From NCBI GenBank assembly GCA_964414145.1, contig CAYPVH010000008.1, positions 17,369 to 81,368 of the forward strand: 64,000 nucleotides of DNA, read 5' to 3'. The notes under the pieces were generated by a model. That model was not told the DNA's origin. It saw only the letters and a program-made list of their open reading frames with translations, and made no database searches. The DNA is from an uncultured Gammaproteobacteria bacterium. Its GTDB lineage: Bacteria > Patescibacteriota > Microgenomatia > UBA1406. The translations under genes were made by a program, and so were the position numbers. Of this stretch, positions 35,574 through 41,810 are shown one piece after another. Position 1 is the first letter of the stretch. Each line of letters opens with the position of its first letter.

Positions 35574-36824
35574 TTAACGCTTAGTTACTTTTTGATATAA
35601 AACCCAAAAAAAAGCAAAAAATACACTTGGTTTTACAAAAACTAAAATCCGCCGCCAAATAGGCTGAGGTGAAAAGATAAACAGGTAAGCAAAGCGCCAA
35701 ACACCGGCTTTAATTCTAGACAAGTTGTCAAAAATTGGTGTTGTTTTTACTACCCATCTAACAATATAGTAGGCTAATTTCGCTTTTGGTTTTATTAGGT
35801 TTAGAAAATTATTAGGAATCTTAGTTTGGTAGTATTTGTTAAGAAGAACAAAGGCAGGATAAACAAAGTTTTGCAAAGAATAGTGTTTAACTAGTTTAGA
35901 CAGCTCATTCCAATCTATATTTGCTTTTAAAGCTTCATTTTTAACAATTTGATTGAAAAAAATGTAGTTGGAATAACCACGATAATTATAGTGAAATAAA
36001 CGCAGTGCTAAATATAACAATAAATAGTCTATCGATAAAACTGGTAATTGCTCGTTCTTAACTTTCATCATTTTTTTTGAATTGAAAACCTGTTGCTGTA
36101 GGCTTTGAAGAAGTTTTTGAGGATAAAAACTATTTAACTTACCCATCTCTGTCATTTGAAACACCAACTCTTGATGCAGACTAATGGTGACATTATAATT
36201 ATTTATTACCTTGCAAAAAACTAACTTTGGTTGGTAATTTTCCTGTTTAACTTTAGAAGAAAACAAGCCTTTCTTTAGCTGTTTATACCCTAGGCTTTGA
36301 ACTATCTGCTTTGCTTTCCCAATATTACTAGACGTAACTAAAATATCACAATCAGTACAAAGGCTATGAGGTCGACCATTATTGTAGTAAACATAAAGAG
36401 GCAACCCTGTTAAAAAAATATAACTTAATTTTTCCCTAGCAAACAGCCGGTTCAATTTTATAATATCCTTAAGGTATCGATCCAGGTAAATTGAATACAG
36501 ATAGTTTATATTCAACTCTTTTTTACCTCGTTTTATTTTGGTTACCTTACCAATTATTTGATGCTCATAAACTCGACCATCGCTTTTTAGGTTATTATCT
36601 CCTTTGGTAATTGAATAGTTATTAGTTTTATAGACAAGACGGTGCACCATAAACTGCTTTTTAATTTCAACTAAAACTAGGTCATTAGTTGAGAGATCGG
36701 AATAATCTACTCCCTTAAAAAATAAATAGTCTTTATCTAGTAATAAGGGCAACATACTTATTCCATTTGATTGAAGGGGGTAGTTACTGCGGATTACGCT
36801 CTTAATTATTTCTTTTTTTTTCAA
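35574..36824 (-). CDS. fusion of an S26/S24-type (SipW-like) serine peptidase domain and a PF14907-like uncharacterised nucleotidyltransferase domain
   Basis: N-terminal: NGISMLPLLLDKDYLFF...MVHRLV...ITKGDNNLKSDGRVYEHQIIGKV (SM..P / HR / KGDNN motifs of signal peptidase I, SipW type). Then LTGLPLYVYYNNGRPHSLCTDCDILVTSSNIGKAKQIVQSLGY (R...D.DILV pattern of NTP_transf_5). Confidence 0.6.
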   Translation of the reverse strand: MKKKEIIKSVIRSNYPLQSNGISMLPLLLDKDYLFFKGVDYSDLSTNDLVLVEIKKQFMVHRLVYKTNNYSITKGDNNLKSDGRVYEHQIIGKVTKIKRGKKELNINYLYSIYLDRYLKDIIKLNRLFAREKLSYIFLTGLPLYVYYNNGRPHSLCTDCDILVTSSNIGKAKQIVQSLGYKQLKKGLFSSKVKQENYQPKLVFCKVINNYNVTISLHQELVFQMTEMGKLNSFYPQKLLQSLQQQVFNSKKMMKVKNEQLPVLSIDYLLLYLALRLFHYNYRGYSNYIFFNQIVKNEALKANIDWNELSKLVKHYSLQNFVYPAFVLLNKYYQTKIPNNFLNLIKPKAKLAYYIVRWVVKTTPIFDNLSRIKAGVWRFAYLFIFSPQPIWRRILVFVKPSVFFAFFWVLYQKVTKR

Positions 36825-36832
36825 ACAATAAC

Positions 36833-37339
36833 TTAAACTTTTATGATACTACACTTAATAATACTGTCTTTTGGGTGTTTAACTAAATCAGCTTCTAACA
36901 TTATTTTTATTTTGTCTCCAGGTTTTATTTGGTCTTGACTAATCACAACATGGCTGTTTCCCCTTTTTTCATAGTATGTTATTTTTTCAAGTCCCTCTTT
37001 GCTAATATGAATTTTATTTTCTTTTCCGTTATTTTGAATAAAATAAATGGTCAATTCTGCTACAAAACCATACTTTCCCCCAGTATTATGTGGCTTATTT
37101 CTGAAATTCTTCAGCGCTCCGTTGTAAGTTACAGATAGGCGAACATCTTCAATCACCTCTTCTTTTTGTTGGTCTATTAAAAACATAACAAATTCGCCAT
37201 TAATTCTTGCAGCATTACTATATTCTGCTTTTTTATTTGTAAAAAAACTAAAATTACCCCAAAGATATATGATCTCGGCTATTATTACCAATGTAAAAAA
37301 GGAGATTAATAAAGTAAGGATTGATTTTACTCTCTTCAT
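36833..37339 (-). CDS. N-terminally anchored hypothetical protein, paralogue of 34994..35497
   Basis: TM ILTLLISFFTLVIIAEIIYLW. C-terminal IKPGDKIKIML block shared with 34994..35497. Confidence 0.55.
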   Translation of the reverse strand: MKRVKSILTLLISFFTLVIIAEIIYLWGNFSFFTNKKAEYSNAARINGEFVMFLIDQQKEEVIEDVRLSVTYNGALKNFRNKPHNTGGKYGFVAELTIYFIQNNGKENKIHISKEGLEKITYYEKRGNSHVVISQDQIKPGDKIKIMLEADLVKHPKDSIIKCSIIKV

Positions 37340-37346
37340 ACTAAAA

Positions 37347-37375
37347 ATTATGTTTTAAACAGCAAGTTTTGTCAA
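37347..37375 (-). promoter_or_regulatory. sigma70-type promoter (TTGACA-17-CATAAT), probably giving a leaderless mRNA for 36833..37339
   Basis: Minus strand reads TTGACAaaacttgctgtttaaaaCATAATttttagtATG. The -35 is at 37375..37370 and the -10 at 37352..37347. The ATG at 37339 is only 7 nt after the -10. Confidence 0.5.
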
Positions 37376-37409
37376 TAAAATGTTAGTATATTCAATAAAA
37401 AAATAAAGC

Positions 37410-38153
37410 ATGGTTCATAAAACTTTAATTACTTTTTCCAAATACCAAATTTTACTTAAAAGCAAATCTAAACAACTAATTAGTAAACTAGGAAAAGAAA
37501 TTGAGCTTAAAAAAACAAGAAAGAGCTCTACTGTTGATGGTACAATTGACCTTGATAAAGTAATGAGGTCAGTTGATCTCAAACAACCCTCTTTATTAAT
37601 AAAGAAAAAAATAACTCAGCTTCGCTTTTTTACTTATTGCTTATCGGCTTGCATTGAAGCTAAACTAACAGCAAGAAATACAGTTTTTTTACATGCAAGC
37701 TCATACTTCATAAACAACAAAGCTTATTTATTTTTAGGTCCATCTGGAGCCGGCAAAACAACTATTATCAATACAGTTTCCAAAAATAAAAGACTTAGTA
37801 ATGATACTTCAATAATAATTAAAAAAAATAATTTGTTTTATGTATTTGCTTCTCCTTTTGATAAAAATGAAATTGTTTACAAAAATCAAAAAAGAGCATT
37901 GTTAACCGATATTTTTATATTAAATCAATCAGACAAATTTGAGATTAAAGAATTAGAAACAGATGCCAAAATTAAATCTCTTCTGGAAAATAATTATTTG
38001 ACAATGAATATTGATAACTTAGCTAAGGTTAGAATAAGGTATGATAAGTTAAAACTTATAAAGACACTGCTGCAACTTGTTGGAAATATTCGAATTAGAA
38101 AACTAAATTTTCCAAAAAAAATCAATTTTTTAAATCAACTAGATAATTCTTAG
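37410..38153 (+). CDS. HPr-kinase-C-terminal-like P-loop protein (HprK-related kinase)
   Basis: VFLHASSYFINNKAYLFLGPSGAGKTTIINTVSKNKRLSNDTSII matches the lHAs..(g)kavLllGpSGsGKST...l.sDD pattern of HprK-related kinases seen in RiPP loci. Confidence 0.55.
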   Translation: MVHKTLITFSKYQILLKSKSKQLISKLGKEIELKKTRKSSTVDGTIDLDKVMRSVDLKQPSLLIKKKITQLRFFTYCLSACIEAKLTARNTVFLHASSYFINNKAYLFLGPSGAGKTTIINTVSKNKRLSNDTSIIIKKNNLFYVFASPFDKNEIVYKNQKRALLTDIFILNQSDKFEIKELETDAKIKSLLENNYLTMNIDNLAKVRIRYDKLKLIKTLLQLVGNIRIRKLNFPKKINFLNQLDNS

Positions 38154-39375
38154 CAATAAATGTTTCAAGAAAAACAATTAAATCCTTTTTTAATCGCTTT
38201 TCGCTAATATTATATTTTTTCTTTAGTTGAGAAGTTAGCAGGCTATATTTGGCTTTTTTTTGATCAATAATTTTTTGCCAGATAAATGACCCTGTAGCAT
38301 TCAATTCCATAAGCTCACCGTTAACACCAAATAAAACGATGCTTTTGTTGACTCTCTTCCATTGAACATTGCTATTAATATAGTAGACTTTTTTTATATC
38401 TATATTTTTTACCAAGGCCCTCTGATTTTTAAATACTAAAAATTGACCAACCTGACACACATAGTTAATTAGTTGTCGTCTTTTTTTTTCAAACAGCTTT
38501 TTAAGATTTATCAATTGGGAAGTGAATATATAAGATTCTTTTATGTTGTGTTTTTGAAAGGAAATTTTTCTTAAGGTACAGCTATTGCAAACTCCGCAGT
38601 GTTTAAATAATCTTCGATCACAGCTCCAAGTATTCTTAATTGAAACACCGGCTTTACTAATAAAACTAATTAATTGATCTCTTGTGTAAAAAAACCCACT
38701 CTTGTCATCTATTGGTGCAATTATCTGCCAACGCCAATCACCTAAAACATAACAAAATTTTAATATAGACATGCGAATCGCTGTTAAGGTGGCTTCTCTT
38801 GATAGTGACCTGTCTTCGGGAACAACTCCAATAAATACAGTTTGGGTTTGTACTTTTTCTTCCAATAACTGTTGTGCATAACCAAAAGCATATGATAAAT
38901 AAATGTAAGTTCTATTATAATCTCCCGGAATAAGTAGGTAATGAGATGTTTTATTTTTTTCACTGCGTTTACCCAAGTTTGCTGTGACTAGGTTAATATC
39001 TTTTGAAAATGGTACAGCCTTATTTTTTGCGGTGTCTCCATAGTCTTTCTTTCTATATTTAGTAGGATGAAATAGTGATGGAAACTTTTTTTTAAATATC
39101 TTTTCATAGTAATTTATTGCCTTTTTTTCACCAACCTTAAATTTTTGTTTTGAATAAACATGTAGTGGATATACATTTAGTTTATACTTTGTTAACAACA
39201 AATACCAAAGACATATAGAATCTATTCCTCCCGATAGCATAAGAATTACAGCGGTTTTTTTAGGGGGTATTTTGATTGCACTTCCCCTTTTTTTTACCAA
39301 TAATTTATTTATTGACTCCAAGAGAGTCTTGTCTTCAATGTTATTATTGTTAAATATTAATTTAAAGTTAGTCAT
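38122..39375 (-). CDS. QueC-like PP-loop ATPase fused to a C-terminal PqqD-family (RiPP recognition element) domain
   Basis: AVILMLSGGIDS (SGGxDS PP-loop). IPGDYNRTYIYLSYAFGYAQ, VFIGVVPEDRS and WSCDRRLFKHCGVCNSCTLRK align by eye with the QueC motifs (VPGRN..., IFIGVN..D, WSCY...CGxCDSCxLR zinc knuckle). The last ~85 aa, VLFGVNGELMELNATGSFIWQKI...YNISEKRLKKDLIVFLETFIAKNYLV, is a classical PqqD pattern. Confidence 0.75.
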   Translation of the reverse strand: MTNFKLIFNNNNIEDKTLLESINKLLVKKRGSAIKIPPKKTAVILMLSGGIDSICLWYLLLTKYKLNVYPLHVYSKQKFKVGEKKAINYYEKIFKKKFPSLFHPTKYRKKDYGDTAKNKAVPFSKDINLVTANLGKRSEKNKTSHYLLIPGDYNRTYIYLSYAFGYAQQLLEEKVQTQTVFIGVVPEDRSLSREATLTAIRMSILKFCYVLGDWRWQIIAPIDDKSGFFYTRDQLISFISKAGVSIKNTWSCDRRLFKHCGVCNSCTLRKISFQKHNIKESYIFTSQLINLKKLFEKKRRQLINYVCQVGQFLVFKNQRALVKNIDIKKVYYINSNVQWKRVNKSIVLFGVNGELMELNATGSFIWQKIIDQKKAKYSLLTSQLKKKYNISEKRLKKDLIVFLETFIAKNYLVDLKN

Positions 39376-39389
39376 TAACTATATAAAGA

Positions 39390-39418
39390 TTGACAAAGCT
39401 AGGCTAATTATATAACAT
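39390..39418 (+). promoter_or_regulatory. sigma70-type promoter upstream of the two small ORFs
   Basis: TTGACA 39390-39395. -10 candidates are TATAAC (39411-39416, 15-nt spacer) or TAACAT (39413-39418, 17-nt spacer). Confidence 0.45.
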
Positions 39419-39455
39419 GACGATAAGGTTGGTATTTATTTATAGAATTGGCAAC

Positions 39456-39590
39456 ATGACAAAGAAAAATAAGAAAAGCAAATACGTAAAGCCTTCCATC
39501 AAAAAAAATATAAAGGTTCACTTTAAGCGTAAATTATTCGACTATGATTATAGTGAACTATTATTAAGCCAGAGTAATGAAGAACAATGA
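39456..39590 (+). CDS. candidate RiPP precursor peptide A (44 aa)
   Basis: Own translation: MTKKNKKSKYVKPSIKKNIKVHFKRKLFDYDYSELLLSQSNEEQ. Below the track cutoff. Shares KY(V/T)KPSIK with peptide B through synonymous codon differences. An in-frame upstream ATG at 39417 lies inside the predicted promoter. Confidence 0.55.
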   Translation: MTKKNKKSKYVKPSIKKNIKVHFKRKLFDYDYSELLLSQSNEEQ

Positions 39591-39691
39591 AAAAAAGTAA
39601 TAATCAAAAACTAATTCAGGCAAAAAAAAAATATACAAAACCCAGTATTAAGACGTCAAAAATAAAGATCAATATTCAAACTTGGTATTAA
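39587..39691 (+). CDS. candidate RiPP precursor peptide B (34 aa)
   Basis: Own translation: MKKSNNQKLIQAKKKYTKPSIKTSKIKINIQTWY. Its ATG overlaps the stop of peptide A (ATGA). The 3' end overlaps the convergent radical SAM gene by 23 nt. Confidence 0.55.
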   Translation: MKKSNNQKLIQAKKKYTKPSIKTSKIKINIQTWY

Positions 39692-40655
39692 TCAAAAAAC
39701 CTAAACAGGGTCCGGGACATTTGTCAATTGAGTGACCATAGAAAGGACATCCCTGGCATTTCTTAAGCATTAATTTGTTCCACAAATCAAAACGTTGTTT
39801 GATGATTTTTTTGTAAACCAAACGAATATTTTTGTGATACAAGCTAATTCTTGATTTGTTATATAGCGAGAAACAATGAAAGGCTGTATTGTCAACGGCA
39901 ATATCCATACTACTGGGCTTACCATAGCAACCGTAGCCAGGTAATATTACTTTGTGATAGTTAATATTCTGAACTTGACTGTCATTAAACATACATCGAG
40001 TAAAACCGCAATTAAGCACAATTTTTGTTTTGTTATTTACCAGTTTTTTAAGGCGATTCACTAGGTAGGTAAGTTTATTTCCAATTTGATTAAAGTCACT
40101 AAAAGAATACCAGTTTTTTTCCTCGGCAATTGGATTAGCTAATCCAATTCTTATAGTCTTTATTTTATCCATTGCCTTAAAATCAATTTTTTGAAGATAT
40201 TGCTTGAAGTTTGTATAAGGGTCAATTGTAATTGACAATGTAACCTCAGTTTGTGCTGCAGCTTTATTTATTGTTTTAGCAATAAGTCTATGTGTACTTT
40301 TTTTGTCAATAAAAGCAGGAGTAGTAATATTTACCACTAAGCTTAGCTTTGGATAGAATTTTTGAAGCAAATCCTCTGTTTTTGGGGAAAAGAGACCATT
40401 AGTAAAGATGAGGATAGAGCTAAATTTTTTTGTTGAATATGTAAGAATGTCGTTGAGTTGAGAATGAAGGGTAGGTTCGCCACCCATTAGCTTTAGAGTA
40501 TCAATTTTGTTTTGAGAGATTTTTTTTATTATTGATTTAGCTTCTTTTAAACCTATCTCTTTGTTTATCCTATTGCAGCCCATCTCTTTTTTGGCAAAGC
40601 AGAAAGTACAGTTTTGATTACAAAAATTGGTGATTAATAAGTTTGGAGAGTTCAT
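39669..40655 (-). CDS. radical SAM enzyme with a C-terminal SPASM/twitch-like Cys cluster
   Basis: LLITNFCNQNCTFCFA (CxxxCxxC). Later cysteines NCGFTRC, YGCYG, FHCF and CQGCPFYGHSIDKCPGPC. Confidence 0.85.
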   Translation of the reverse strand: MNSPNLLITNFCNQNCTFCFAKKEMGCNRINKEIGLKEAKSIIKKISQNKIDTLKLMGGEPTLHSQLNDILTYSTKKFSSILIFTNGLFSPKTEDLLQKFYPKLSLVVNITTPAFIDKKSTHRLIAKTINKAAAQTEVTLSITIDPYTNFKQYLQKIDFKAMDKIKTIRIGLANPIAEEKNWYSFSDFNQIGNKLTYLVNRLKKLVNNKTKIVLNCGFTRCMFNDSQVQNINYHKVILPGYGCYGKPSSMDIAVDNTAFHCFSLYNKSRISLYHKNIRLVYKKIIKQRFDLWNKLMLKKCQGCPFYGHSIDKCPGPCLGFLINTKFEY

Positions 40656-40659
40656 ATTG

Positions 40660-41760
40660 TTAAACCATAAACTCGCGGTAGTTTTGCTTGGTAACTTTAA
40701 AGCTGGTTCCTTCGTGATTCAGTGTTTTCCAGGCCACACGACGCACTACTCCCTGCACAATTCGTTTTAAGGTACGAATTCCCGAGTCGTAGCCCAGCGG
40801 GCGAATTAAAATTGGCCAAACGTCTTCGTCTACCTTTATGTTGTCGCTACTAAGACCGGCCTCTTTAATAGCAGAGGGCAGTAAATATTCTTTACCAATA
40901 TGGACTTTTTCCTCATCACTATAAGAAGGCATCTGAATTACTTCCATGCGGTCAATTACGGCTGTGGCTACCTTATTGACATTGTTGGCTGTTGCCACAA
41001 ATATGGCTTTGGAAAGGTTAAATGGAAAATCTATATAGTGATCGGTGAAGGCTTTATTTTGTTCGGGGTCGAGAAGTTCTACCAGAACACCCATGATTTC
41101 CTGGCGCTTGTCGTCGCTAACCCGATCAAGCTCGTCAAGTAAAATTACCGGATTGTTTACGTTAACTCGGCGCAGAGCTTTAATAACAATTCCCGGTTCG
41201 GCTTCGCTATGAACCCGGGATAACCCCCGTAAGTCCAGGGCAGACGCTAAGCCACCAAAAGGAATACGAATTAATTGCCGGTTTAGAGCTTCAGCAACAG
41301 AGATTGCCATCGTGGTTTTACCTGTCCCCACAAGGCCTACAAAACACAAAATTGGGGCCCGAAGTTCTAGCTTATCTGAGCTTTCTGTTGTTTTGTTATT
41401 TTTTAAAGAAGTAAAATTACCTTCGCTTAGGGGTACGCCACTCTTTTTTCGTTGTAAAATAATGACCGACAGGTATTCTAAAATGCGCTGTTTGATTTCG
41501 TTTAAACCATAATGGTTTTTATTGAATGTAAGTTTAGCCCTATCAATATTAAGAATATCCTGACTACTGGTATTCCAGGGTAGATGAACAAGCCAGTTTA
41601 TGTATGCTACTGTTTGTTCGTAAAAACCGAAACTACTTGAAGAACCGGCTCGAAGTGCAAATGATAATCTTTCTAATGATCCCATTAGCTTGTTTTGTAG
41701 CTCTTCAGGTAATTTAGCTTGCAAGACTGTTTGCCTGAGTTTAACCACTTCAGTTTCCAT
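40660..41760 (-). CDS. Lon-type AAA+ ATPase module lacking both the Lon N-terminal and protease domains
   Basis: NKNHYGLNEIKQRILEYLSV, ILCFVGLVGTGKTTMAISVAEALNRQLIRIPFGGLASALDLRGLSRVHSEAEPGIVIKAL and PVILLDELDRVS parallel the Lon A-domain (DHYGLEKVKERILEYLAV / GPPGVGKTS / LDEIDK). The ORF ends about 100 aa after sensor 2, so there is no S16 protease domain. Confidence 0.8.
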   Translation of the reverse strand: METEVVKLRQTVLQAKLPEELQNKLMGSLERLSFALRAGSSSSFGFYEQTVAYINWLVHLPWNTSSQDILNIDRAKLTFNKNHYGLNEIKQRILEYLSVIILQRKKSGVPLSEGNFTSLKNNKTTESSDKLELRAPILCFVGLVGTGKTTMAISVAEALNRQLIRIPFGGLASALDLRGLSRVHSEAEPGIVIKALRRVNVNNPVILLDELDRVSDDKRQEIMGVLVELLDPEQNKAFTDHYIDFPFNLSKAIFVATANNVNKVATAVIDRMEVIQMPSYSDEEKVHIGKEYLLPSAIKEAGLSSDNIKVDEDVWPILIRPLGYDSGIRTLKRIVQGVVRRVAWKTLNHEGTSFKVTKQNYREFMV

Positions 41761-41810
41761 ATATTCAGTATACAGGAAACACCATAAAGATTAAAACTGG
41801 TTGATTTCAG

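Noticed and set aside
39456-39691. Calling the small peptides bona fide lasso-peptide precursors
   Set aside because: The YxxPxI motif fits lasso/RRE leaders. However, peptide B has no Asp/Glu for an isopeptide ring and only about 10-12 residues after the motif region. Neither peptide shows the conserved Thr at -2, and no Asn-synthetase-type cyclase or B2 Cys-protease is present. They are kept as a generic RRE-dependent RiPP hypothesis instead.
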